Assembly: GCF_016433145.1 (NCBI RefSeq)
Contig: NC_058131.1
Coordinates: 121,827,092 to 121,891,091, forward strand
DNA: 64,000 nucleotides
From: Gracilinanus agilis
Taxonomy: Eukaryota
Direction: 5' to 3'
Part shown: positions 13,892 through 25,671 of the stretch, in pieces
Layout of the letters: the number at the start of each line of letters is the position of its first letter
Numbering within the stretch: the stretch's first letter is position 1
Made by a program: the position numbers and the translations under genes
The notes under the pieces: generated by a model
What the model was told of the DNA's origin: nothing
The model's database searches: none
The model's input: the letters and a program-made list of their open reading frames with translations, nothing else

Positions 13892-14620
13892 CCAAGGCCC
13901 AAAAGAATAAGTGAATTTGCCCAGGGATATTCTATAGAGTATAGGTATTCACCTTGCAGGGGAACTGATTCCATCCACTCTGAGGATATCAGAAAGATGC
14001 TTCTTGATATGGAAGACAATTCTATATGTTGCCCAACCGTTTTCTCTATTATGTTTACATCTACTTGTACCTTGCAACACTACAATCTGCTTGACTCTGG
14101 GGTACCTTTTCCAAATGTTATGTAGCTCCCTGTACCATCTGCTGGCCTTTGAGTGAATTCCAGCTGCTATCTGACCTGTCTCTTTTGAAGGAAGTTTTAT
14201 GCTCTTTCAGTTATAACCTCACAGGACAACAGCTCTTTTTCAGAGTCAGATTCAGTCAGTCACAGCCAGTCAGAAAAATCCAGTGGAAGCCTTCAGAATT
14301 AGACTAACTCTGTCTTTTGAACTCCTTTGCTCCTACTTTAGGTTTTTAGTCCTTAAAATTGGACTACTCTTTGGGTTGTGATGAGTCCTTCAGTTTCTAT
14401 CACATCTGATCAAGACCTGAGCGCATTCAAACTACCTGGAAAGCTTCACTTAGCAAGACTTGGAAATGAGAGGTTCCAGGTTCAAGTTAAACATTTTTGT
14501 TGTATGTTCCAACCAGCAACAAAATTGCTATTTTGCCTACATATGATTAGTGAGCTACCAAAACTAATCAGTAGTAGATTTAAAAATACTAATGTATCTA
14601 AATACAGCATATAAAATCTC
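13892..14620. mobile_element. LTR-like fragment
   Basis: Composition and motifs (CAGTCAGTC tracts, ACTCCTTTGCTCC) resemble the other marsupial LTRs in the window. No termini or TSD found. Confidence 0.45.
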
Positions 14621-14845
14621 AATTCATAGATGAAGAGGAATAATACAGAGTACCTATTCTTAAAAGTACACTGCTGAGGACAATAGTAAGTGTTTCAAGA
14701 ATTACAAGAACCTTGTAGAATTTTGGAGTTTATAGGAATCACAGAAGATATTTAGTCTAGCTAACTTATCAATCATAGATTCTAAGAAGTAGAGGGGACC
14801 TCAAGGACCATCTATTCTAAACCTACCTGACAAAAATCCCTAGCA

Positions 14846-14977
14846 CTGTGTTGGCGAACCTATGACAAGTGTGCTGGAGTGCTTCCACCCTCTCCTGTCT
14901 GGGGTAAGGTGGAGGACTCACATGTTGTGTGAGGATGCAGTTTGGGTACTCGGTCTCTAAAAGGTTTCCCGTCACTG
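14846..14977 (-). mobile_element. hAT MITE family B, internally deleted copy
   Basis: Ends CTGTGTTGGCGAACC and GGTTTCCCGTCACTG. TSD CCCTAGCA / CTCTAGTA. Homologous to the 59875 and 63365 copies but about 80 bp shorter. Confidence 0.8.
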
Positions 14978-16049
14978 CTCTAGTATAACATCAATCAACC
15001 AGTAGAGTTGCAGCCCATGGACTGCATGCAGCTTGCAAAACTCCTGAGTGTGGCCTTATCTATATTTTTCTGTGTTGTAATATTCAGGAACCATTCAGAA
15101 AAGTTGTTAGAAAAATATCTTCTCTTAATTTGGATGCTATTAGATTATGAATTGAACTATTTAAAATGTTAAAAAACAAATAATTGGATATAATTAGCTT
15201 TAAGATGGACAATATAACTTTTTGTTTGGGGTGGGGGGAAGTAGCAAAGACCTTTTAATTTGTCCTTATTTGTGAAGTTTTTAGGATTTTCTATTTGGGT
15301 AGGGTTATAAGATTTTATCAGCCCTGATGTTAGCATGTTGTGAAATTCTAAAGTAATGAAGTTTGAAAAGATAGGACCACTCCCAAAGTGGGAAAACTTA
15401 TAAGTTTGCTTATAGTAAAGAGTGAGTTTTATCTGATAGCTTATTTATCTATCCCTTATGAAAATTATGAAAGTGTTTCTGTTAATACAATGAGTATACT
15501 GAAGTTACATCTTTGAGTCAATATAGCAACAATAGACATTAGATTCATACATTTCATTTTTTTTCTGTTTTATTCTGGGTAAGAGTTATAGTTAACAGCC
15601 AGTCATACAGCAAAGTTCCACATTATTCACAGGGTCTATTCACCAGACTCAAAATTAACCAGGTGGGAAAATTTCCTGTTCAGAAAGAAAATAGCAAAAT
15701 GAAGAAATTGAGTCAATAGAATCCTACCTTTGCATATGCAAAGCCATCCCCTCAACTTTTTTCTAAGGTACAAAAATCCACCTATACCAATTCTCGGACC
15801 ATAGTTCCTTTGAACAGCATGTGGCATTCCCCTTATATGGTGAACCTTTGGCTTAATGATAATTCAATCATAACCTGAAATAAAACTTGCAACGTTATCA
15901 AATTACAATCCTAGGAGTTTTTACCTTAAATAGCAAAATTTCACCAATCACAGCGTAGGGCTAGGTTATTATTATTTTTCAGATGTTGTAATAAGTTAAC
16001 AGGGAGCACATATAAAGACATTTTATTTTTCTTTCATTTATAAATTAAG

Positions 16050-16558
16050 AATAACCAACAAATTGTGGTATCTGTTGGTGATGGAATACTATTGTGCTCA
16101 AAGGAATAATAAACTGGAGGCATTCCATGTGAACTGGAATGACCTCCAGGAATTAATGCATAGTGAAAGGAGCAGAACCAGGAGAACATTATACACAGAG
16201 ACTGATACACTGTGGTAAAATCGAATGTAATGGACGTCTGTACTAGCAGCAATGCAATGACCCAGGACAATTCTGAGGGATTTATGGAAAAGAACAATAT
16301 TCAGAGGAAGAACTACAGGAGTGGAAACACAGAAGAAAAACAACTGCTTGAATGCATGGGTTGATGTGGACACGATTTGGGATGTAGACGCTTAATGACC
16401 ATGTTAGAGTAATCATCAATAATATGGAAATACATCTTGATTGATGACACATGAAGAAACAATGGAAATGCACATTGGCTACAGGGGTGGTGAGGGGGAG
16501 AGAGGGCAAGAACATTAATCATGGAACCATGGAAAAACTTTTTCCAAAAAAAAAAGAA
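16050..16558 (+). mobile_element. L1 3' end (ORF2 C-terminus plus 3' UTR)
   Basis: Translates NKLWYLLVMEYYCAQRNNKLEAFHVNWNDLQELMHSERSRTRRTLYT, then a G-rich UTR segment and poly-A. Confidence 0.88.
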
Positions 16559-17458
16559 TAACCACATTTTGGAGCTTCACATATACAGTGAGAGAATATA
16601 TTATAATTGAGTCAAAACCCCAGAAAAAATGCTTGCTACAGTAAGCCTCCAATCTGTATTGCTTATTAACCTCTAAGGCAAAACAAGGCTAATGTCAGGT
16701 CATCTGTGCTGTTGAAGGAACAATTTTGATATTGCCATTACATAACTCTTTTTCCTTTCATAGAAAACTTTTATAATCAGGGTAAGGTTTGTTGTTGTTA
16801 TTGCAATAATAAATGATAAATAAATGAATAAATACTAAAACATCTGAACTACTATAATTGTATGCAAATATAAAAGATGTTACTATTTTTAATCTAAATT
16901 GTGGCTAATTATCTATTCTAAACAACTAAATAAATGAGTTTTGGGGCTTACCATCTCCTTGCTATTATTAGATATTCCTATGTAAAATTGATTCTTTCAA
17001 GATTATATAAAGATGAAAGAGGTGTTTTTTTTAATTAAATGGAGTAGTTTGAGAAAGCAACAAGTTTAGATTGTAAAAAACCCAAAGACTGGAATATGTT
17101 TTATATATGTGTACATAAAATTATCTTCCAAATTTTTTTTAATTAAAAGTTTCCCTCAATTACATGTAAAAACAGTTTCCAACATTTTAAAAAGAATTTT
17201 GAGTCTTAAATTCTTTCTCCCCTTCCCTTTTCATATATATATATGTGTATATATATATATAGTACATGTGCAATCATACAAAAAAGTTTTCTAATGGAAA
17301 TATAGGCTTGGATTATATTTTAGTAATAGGTTCTAAAATTGATTTAAGGATTTTACATATAAAATTGCTATTTTACATATAAAATTTCATTAATAATATT
17401 AAGAAATTTGAGTTTTCTTTTTCTTCTTTGAAGTCTCTGTCTGATAATATTAGGGGAC

Positions 17459-17705
17459 ATTGTTGGTCAGGTATTTCAGGAATGTCCAACTCTGCATGAC
17501 TTTATTTGAGGTTTTCTTGGGGCAAAGATATTGGAGTGGTTTGCCATTTCCTTCTTAAATTCCTTTTATAGATGAGGAAACTGAGGTAAATAGGGTTAAG
17601 TGACTTGTCAGGGTCACACAGCTGTTAAGTATCTGAGGCTATTTTTGAATGCAAATCTTCCTGACTCTAGACCCAGGGCTTTATCCGTTGCACCACCTAG
17701 CTGCC
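17459..17705 (-). mobile_element. MAR1-type SINE (RTE-like tail plus CORE)
   Basis: GCAAAGATATTGGAGTGGTTTGCCATTTCCTTC (BovB-like) joined to GATGAGGAAACTGAGG...AAGTGACTTG (CORE). Confidence 0.8.
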
Positions 17706-18349
17706 CAATATTAAAGGACAGAAAATCTCATTTTCTAAGAAAGTCCCTCATAGATCCTTTTAAGAGTCTTTAGCCTATTGATGGCACTGTCCATATCAGA
17801 TACAGTTTCTGAGGAAGATAGAAAGTGCCAGTCCTATGTAAAAACTGAAATTCTCTAAAGTTTTATATAAATTATGGGTTCCTAATTTGGTCTTCTTATA
17901 GCTATGTTGGTTATAGGATTAGATCTATAAGATCTGAACTGGTTTTCACCACATGAACTAATTACTCTAAGGTCAATCTGATTAGATTTTGTCATATTTT
18001 ACTAAATATACTAAATCTTATCATTAGCCTTGGGATGATCAAGAAAATATTTCCTCATAACTACCTTGACCCATATATAGCTGTTTGAGAGATGAACAGG
18101 AGGATGCTGCCAAAGGCCTGAATAACTCTAAGGCTATAGCTATATTGAGTTTCTTTATTTACCCTATTGTAATCTTGCTTGTTTTATTAATCCTGTGTGT
18201 TATAGACCTGTTACCTAATATGCAAATTGCTTATTACTTCTGCTTGAACCTATTCTGATTTGCAAACTTAGACCCTTTGTGCTGCAAGTCCTATACCCAT
18301 GGTTTGCTCAAGATGTTTATGTAGAAATTCATCATATGGTCTAAGAGAG

Positions 18350-18553
18350 CAGTGATGGGCAAACTACGGCCCATGGGCCAGATGTGGCCCTCTGAAATGT
18401 TCTATCTGGCCACACGACATTATTCCTAATCTGATGAATACAATGAGTAGGATACAATACAATGAAACTTTGAAAGAGCTGCTTTAGAAACAGACTGACA
18501 GATAAACATTTCTTTTCCTTTGGTCCCCTCTTTAAAAAGCTTGCCCATTACTG
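18350..18553 (+). mobile_element. hAT MITE family A (204 bp)
   Basis: Ends CAGTGATGGGCAAAC and GCTTGCCCATTACTG. Right flank GTCTAGAG; left flank imperfect (GTCTAAGAGAG). Homologous to 47897-48100. Confidence 0.9.
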
Positions 18554-18589
18554 GTCTAGAGATACCTTTCTTGACAACAGTTTAACTCC

Positions 18590-18900
18590 TTACAGAAGAA
18601 AAATGACAAAAGAAGAGAGGAAGTGGGCAGGTCTACCAGTAGAACACCTGCAAATAGACTTTATTGAACTGTCAAAGTTTATAAGCTACAAAAATGGTGT
18701 ACAGAAACCAACTGAGCCACTAGATAGGGGCTTTTCCAGGTCATTCCAGGCAGTCATACTGCCACCAAGGTTACCCAGTGGATAACCTAGATACTGAGTG
18801 GATGATCGTCATGTGAATCTGGACATGATTGATCTCAGCCCAGAAGAAGGAAACTCCTGATCAATGCCTGGACCCAGTTAAGTTGAAAAATGACCCCTAC
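18590..18900 (+). mobile_element. Degraded ERV pol fragment
   Basis: PVEHLQIDFIELSK resembles the class I integrase WQIDFT motif. The rest is heavily decayed. Confidence 0.55.
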
Positions 18901-20109
18901 ATCAATCATGGGTCTTTAGCTGCTTATTTATTTGACTCTAATAATTAGTACATAATCCCTCACTTGTTATCTACTTTGCATTTGTTGTTTACATTTTCTG
19001 CCCTGCTTTGTACCTTTGGGGTTGGGAGGAGAGACCAATACTTATGTATACATAACACAATAAGTCAGCCATAACTTTAACTGAACCAACTGCTGGATAG
19101 ATGCACATGCCCCTTTGTCTTTTTCCCAGGTGGGCATGGAGTCAGGCATCCAGAACTTGTGTGATTCATTGTTTGCAATTGATAAGGGAGACTTAAATAA
19201 AATACCAAATTGTACTGTCATAGGCTGAAAAAGATATGTCTTCCAGCTCATTCTTTTCATTGTGTTAGATTTAAATTAAACACTCCAGGTACTTATTTCC
19301 ATAGAGTTTATTAATAATCACTTGAAATAGAGAAAGCAGATAGGCATAGATTTAAAGTATCTTTTCTACTCTAAGTGACCATGTGTAGATCATCCTGCAA
19401 GATTCTCTGTCCATCTCCCCTGACACATTAATGGAAATAGAGATCCTGGGCATATTTCACCCCATACTTTTTATCCTTTCTCTTGAAACCCAGACCTGCA
19501 ATCTTTAGTTCTGGGTCATGTTTCTAGGGCTCTTCACCTATAACCTGTTTGGAACATTCACATGACATCCAGCCATGCAGGGAGGTGGGGATGAGCTAGG
19601 GGGAGGAGCAGATTCTATCTACACAATTGGGAAAAGATCACTTGTGCCATATTGTCTGTTATATACTATGTTATGAGCAAAAGGGGATGCAAGGTCAGGA
19701 ATATTGCATCTGGATTCCTGAAAATTTAGACAACATTCATACAAACTTGGTTTAGAATGTCTAGAACAAGTTCAAGTTCCAGGAGGATGGGAGGGAACTC
19801 TAGTCCTCTAGATGGGAATGGCGAATGTCTTGGCTCCCAAATCTCTCGTAGCTAAAATATCTGTGAGTTTTCGCTTGTGAATCTTCATAAAGACTGTGTG
19901 CTTTTTGTGTTCACAGTGCCTTGAAGCAAACAACTGATTCCCAAACTAACTCCCAGATTACAAAAAGCAGAGATTAGGATGATGCAATTAAGGACAGAGA
20001 AACAATATAGAAACAATATTGTGGTGTTCACAGTGGCTATGGTTAGCACCAAAGTGGAAACTGCAAAATCAGTCACTGGTGCAGAGTCAGTCTGAGCAAT
20101 CTCACATTT

Positions 20110-20125
20110 TGACCTTGCCTGACCT
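20110..20125 (-). promoter_or_regulatory. Perfect DR4 nuclear-receptor element (candidate)
   Basis: AGGTCA-GGCA-AGGTCA on minus. Motif match only; function not shown. Confidence 0.4.
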
Positions 20126-20909
20126 TTGAGTTCATGGGCAGCCAGTCTGTGGGAGAAAGTGGTTAGCACCAAAACATGTAATAATCCTATGTCCCAATAA
20201 TGCTCTAATAGAAAAGCCAAGATGATACCAATCCCATCTCCTCATTGAAAACATTACCAATTGGAATTGTCTTATCCTTATATAAAAATTGTTTTAATCC
20301 TGTCTATAAAAGCAGACAGAGGAACTGGCTAGTCAGTTTGTAGACGCTATTTCACATTTTTTTCCAAACTAGGATACTTACCCTTCTCTAGTCCTATGAC
20401 ACCTCTCAGATTCTTGAAGATATTTCAAAAACTCCTTGCAGTGGCTCAAAAATTACACTTCCCTGTTGTTTCAGTATTAAGGATGTAGTTTGTCTCAGCC
20501 TGGTAACTTGAATTCTTTGAGTATAGCCAGATGCTATCTGTCTCCTCATTTATCTAGGGTTTCCACTTCCTGGTAATAATTTTCATTTAATCTTTCCCAG
20601 TCGAAAGATCATTCTTTTTGGTCATTAGACAATAAAAGGAAAAAAAGTGGAATAGTTCAGCTCATACTGCTAAGAACAATGGTCCTAGCCCTGGTTAGGA
20701 CCTAATCCTCTAAAATAAAGCATTTAAAATTATCTTCCAGATTTTTGGTCAACTTTTGCTCATTTTAGACTTTAGGATTAGAAACAAATTTAGGTCTAGA
20801 AATGAATTTATGGTTAAAAGCAAATTTATATATGACTTTAAAAATTACACCTTTTCTTCGTATTCATCCTCAGGTGCTTGCCTTTGCTTCCATCTTCTAT
20901 ACATAACTT

Positions 20910-21083
20910 TTTAAAACTCTTACTTTCTGACTTAGAACTGATTCTAAGTATTGGTGCCAAGGCAGAAGAATGGTAAAGGCTAGACAACAAGGACTTTCCC
21001 AGGGTCACATAGCCAGAAAGTGTCTGAGGCTAGATTTGAAGCTGACCTCCAGGTTCCATCCATTGAGCCCCGTAGATGTTCCC
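20910..21083 (-). mobile_element. Older SINE-1/WSINE-type SINE
   Basis: CORE-SINE sequence on minus; TSD TACATAACTT (20900-20909 and 21086-21095). Confidence 0.8.
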
Positions 21084-21428
21084 TTTACATAACTTCTTGT
21101 AATCTGTGTTTGTCAATGAGTTCCCATTTTATCCAGATAAGTTTTGTGGGGTAGCTTTTGTCATTTTTTGACATGATCAGATCATTTCTGCTGATCTATC
21201 CAAATTTTCATACTTCAGAGCAGGGGTGGGCAACGTCTGGCTCTCGAGCCATATCTGGCTCTTTTGAGGGCCAGATATGGCTCTTTTCTGCAAGAGCCAT
21301 GAAGTCAAATTTTTTTCAGGTGCTGTTACAGGAGCGTGCACTGTGAGCACTGACAGATGAACTGAGGCACAGTAACTAACAGTTTACGCATGACATCGTG
21401 TATCACGTGATATGTCAACGTCATGACG

Positions 21429-22539
21429 TGTAGTGCAGAGGTGCAATCAATCCTGCAAAAGGCTAACTGCAGAATTTCTGGCAGTTGAGAGGGCTTAGAA
21501 CCCTGACTAGAGGCAGTTGATCCGGGAGGCTCAGTCAGAGCAGAAGGGTCAACAGAGCTTGGTCTTTGGGCTGAAACCTGCCCTTGAATCTGTGCCTTTT
21601 CTCCTGAGATTTTGTAGCTTAGCTAATTCCTCTGGATCTCCCTGACCTTCCCTATTCCGTTCCCCATTTCCTTTCCTAATTTCCTGTGGGTTTTGGGAGA
21701 AGGGTGGATTTGGGTGGTAGCAATCAAACTTAGAAGACTTAGGTTTTCCCCATAGACAAGTAGGGCTTACCCTTGATACAAATTATCTCCTGATTCATTA
21801 TGTATAACTTCTCTAACCTTAAAGACAACAAAGCCTCCTGGGCTGAGTGGGAGCAGGCTCTTGCTCAGTTTGTCCCCTTCCTGTGTCCCTCCCCCACCTG
21901 GAGCTTCTCCCTAGGTGGTTGTTAGCGAAACCTTGTATCCCTCTGTCCTTTATAATCAACCCTGAAACTTAATAAATCCTGTTGTTATTTAATCAAACCT
22001 TTTGCTAAATCATTGGTTGAATGATAAGAAAGGGATAAGGAGAGAAAGGAATACTTTCTCTTTGGGTCCTGAGGGGAGCTGGAGGCATCCATCTTGGAGG
22101 AAGTGGTGATCTCTATACTTCCTCTGAGAAGCCCGTCTATTTCACAGACAGGGAGGAGCCTGGGGACTCTGTCTTTGTGAACCTGAGAAACTGACTAGAA
22201 AGCCCTCTAGTTAGTTTCAAACCATTTCTGACTGGCCCCAACCTTTTGTCTGTAGAAGTGCCCCTCCTACCTGAAAGGAAAGCCTGTTTCCCTTTAGTGT
22301 CCTCTGTCTCAAGCCTGTGTACCCAGTCTGTCTCCCTGTTGTAGCTGCCTGCCCAACTACCTCATCCTCTCCCCTTGCTGCTCATTATACTTCATCGTCT
22401 TATATTTCCCTAAACTCAGCCATTCCCTTACATCTCTCCTACCACCTCGATCTACTACCTCCACTATTGCACCCTCCTTTCCCACCTAATGACTTAGGGA
22501 CCCACAAACCCCATCCACATGCTTTATTCCCTTATTACA
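21429..22539. mobile_element. Solo LTR (about 1.1 kb) nested in the left arm of the hAT element
   Basis: TGTAG...TTACA termini. Flanks GACG (21425-21428) and GACA (22540-22543) fit a 4-bp TSD with one CpG transition. The CpG-rich hAT sequence resumes seamlessly after it. Orientation is not settled (TATAAA on minus near 21950, AATAAA on plus near 21972). Confidence 0.75.
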
Positions 22540-22753
22540 GACATCACGCATCACGTACCTTTCGGTACCATGACTATCTTGTAAGATAGAAGCTCCCTCA
22601 TTGATATTGCCACACAAGACGAATCCTGGTCTTTAGTTTGGCTTGGTAGGTGGGCTGTGTGCTCCTCCTTCTGCCCTCCTTTTACTCTTTCCACACCTGT
22701 TACTGACATCTTGGGGTTCTGTATAGTGATTGATCACTTTTGTCTATATTCTC

Positions 22754-23028
22754 TACCCCTTTGCCTCTGATTTACATGGCTTTATCTCAGCGCATATATA
22801 CATTTACAATCCTGTCTCGCTTTTTTTTTTTTAAATCTATTCTGCTGCTATAGTTATTTTTCAGTGAGGACATTGTCTTATTTGTTACCCCTCTGTCTCT
22901 GATTTACATGGCTTTATCTCAGTGTATCTATACATTTACAATCCATCCCTGGAACTGTCTCACTTGTTTTACCTATTCTGCTGCTATATTGATTTTTCAG
23001 TGAGGACACTGCCTTGTTTGTTACCTCT
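22754..23028 (+). repeat. Two tandem copies of a 132-136-bp unit inside the hAT element
   Basis: Units start TACCCCT at 22754 and 22886. They share CTCTGATTTACATGGCTTTATCTCAG, TACATTTACAATCC, CTATTCTGCTGCTATA and TTTTTCAGTGAGGACA. Confidence 0.9.
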
Positions 23029-23716
23029 ATTCATGGGGTCTGCACTCCCTATTTGTGGGATTGTTATTGTTTTTAATGTTTCTACCTGCTCTTAAAGGGG
23101 AACTACAGTCAGATTACACCTTTACATATGCTTCATTAGTGAGAAGCATTTCTCCCCAGTAGTTGTTTCATTTGATACAGAATGACTAAGTAGGCAGCAC
23201 TGATAAACACCTGTACCAGGAAATGTGTGTGATGTGTCCTGGCCAGTTTTCCATGAAAAGGTACCCTCCTCCCCCACTACTTACTAATGCCTGCATACAA
23301 GTCATGTTATTTTCTTTAATCTTCTGATCTCCTACTTAATTTATGTGGCCAAATGGCTTAACCAGCAGGTTGGCAGCTTTTTCTTCTCCTGTTGCCTGAC
23401 TTGAGAGAGGGAGAGGAAAAAGTATTCTTCCCTGAATTTTTCTCTCTTTATTTCAGCAATTTTCTTATTGTAAAGGTGTTTTATATGTATATGTGCAGTT
23501 ATATCAGTACTATAGTGCCCCATTAAGTCTTTTTTTTAATTAATAAAATAGCTTGAATTGGATGCTTTTCTTTCTTTTTTTTTTCACAGCTGGAGAAGGG
23601 GACAGGCCCTTGCTGGTATTTAACTTCAAATTTTCTAATTAAACTGAACTACACTTTCCTTCCTTTTAATAAAGTAGTCAACTAACTAATTGCAAAAAAC
23701 CCTTTTATTGAAGAAG

Positions 23717-25671
23717 ATGGCTAAAAGAAGAATATTAAAGGATGATGAGTATCGTACTTTTCAGAAGAAATGGACAGAGGAATTCGCCTTTGTGGAGAGA
23801 GCAGGTTCTGCAGTGTGTCTAATATGCAATGAAAAAATTTCATCAATGAAATGGTCAAATATAAAGCGACACTTTGACCTACACCATACTACATTTGCAT
23901 TGAAATATTCTGTGGGGGACAGCAGGAAGAAAGCATGTGAAGAGCTACTGTGCAGAGTGCAAGCTAGTCAGCAGCAACTTCGTGTTTGGACCCAACAAGG
24001 TGACTGGAATTAGGCTAGCTTTGCTGCTACTTTAGCAATTGTGAGAAATGGAAAGCCATTCATAGATGGGGAGTATGCCAAAACATTCATGCTTGATGTT
24101 GCCAATGAACTTTTTGAGGACTTTTCAGATAAAGACAAGATAATCAAACGAATAAAAGGCATACCTCTGTCGGCAAAAACTGTTCACAATCATACGATAA
24201 TGATGGCAAATCAAATTGAGGAAACACAACTGAAGGACATAAATGTAGCACTATTCTTTTCTCTCGCTGTGGATGAGTCAATAGACATAAGCCATTTATC
24301 CCAGTTCAGCATGATTGCAAGGTATGTTGTAGGTGACACACTACGTGAGGAAAGTCTTGCTGTTTTGCCTTTGAAAGGGACAACAAGAGGGAAGGATTTA
24401 TTCAAGTCTTTCACTGAGCTCGCTAATGAAAAAAATCTACCAATGGATAAACTTATTTCAGTGTGTACTGATGGTGCTCCATGCATGGTATGGAAAAACA
24501 GAGGATTCGTAGCACTTCTTCGTGAACATGAAAAGAGACCCATCCTAAGTTTTCACTGCATCCTACATCAGGAGGCGCTTTGTGCTAAGATGTGTGGCGA
24601 GCAGCTTGGTGAGGTGATGTCACTGGTCATTCAGATGGTCAATTTTATTCTTACCCGAGCTTTAAATGATCACCAGTTTAAAACACTACTGGAAGAAGTT
24701 GGGAATAATTATCCTAGTCTGCTTCTGCACAGCAATGTGTGTTGGTTGTCAAGAGGGAAGGTGCTCAACCGTTTCACAGCTTGTTTGTGTGAAATCCGGA
24801 CTTTTCTTGAAATGAAAAATGTCGAACATCCTGAGTTAGCCAACACTGAATGGCTCCCGAAGTTCTACCATCTTGTAGACATAACTCAACATCAGAACCA
24901 GCTCAGTGTGAAAATGCAAGGCATTGGAAATACAGTCTTATCCCTTCAACAAGCAGTGTTTGCATTTGAAAATAAGCTAGAACTCTTTATCACTGACATT
25001 GTTTACTACACTTTGAAAAACTGGAAGAGTTTAAAGATGCATGCACAACCAGTGACCCTGCTCAACATCTTGATCTTCAGCAGCTAGCGGGCTTCACATC
25101 TAATCTCCTGCAGTCATTCAAAGCATGCTTTGGAGAATTTCGTGAGTGTACTCATCTTTTTAAGTTCATAACCCATCCACATGAGTGTGCAGTGGACAGT
25201 GCTGGCCTGAGTTACATCCCCGGTATCTCCGTCAGAGATTTTGAGCTTCAAGCTGCTCATCTGAAGGCCTCAGACATGTGGGTGAATAAGTTCAAGTCAC
25301 TGAATGAAGATTTGGAAAGACTTGCACAACAGCCAGCAGAGTTGGCAAGCAATCACAAGTAGGGAGAAATGAAAAATCTTCAACCTGTGGATCAGCTGAT
25401 TGTCAAAACTTGGAACGACCTTTCTGTCACATACCGCATACTGCAGCGTGTGAGTATTGCTGTACTGACAATGTTTGGCTCTATGTATGCATGTGAGCAG
25501 TCTTTCTCACATCTAAAGAACATTAAGACCAACCTAAGATCACATTTAAGTGATCACATTTAAGTGATCACAGATGGAAGTCTCAATGCCTGCATGAAGC
25601 TTAACCTCACCACATATCAACCAGACTACAAATCCATCAGCAAAACCATGCAGCACCAGAAGTCACATTAA
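23717..25671 (+). pseudogene. Disabled hAT transposase
   Basis: ATG at 23717 (MAKRR). N-terminal CLIC...KRHFDLHH zinc-finger-like motif, catalytic motifs AVDES, CTDGAP and YACEQSFS, plus CILHQEALC and WLSRG. Disabled by TAG at 24011-24013, a frameshift near 25000, TAG near 25360 and a 14-bp duplication at 25538-25565. Final TAA at 25669-25671. Confidence 0.93.

Noticed and set aside
18603-18785. 60-aa ORF as a host exon
   Set aside because: Better explained as a decayed retroviral integrase fragment.
23690-25087. 107-aa and 348-aa ORFs as a domesticated ZBED/GTF2IRD2-like host gene
   Set aside because: They sit between intact TIRs with a TSD and carry stops and frameshifts, so this is a dead transposon copy.
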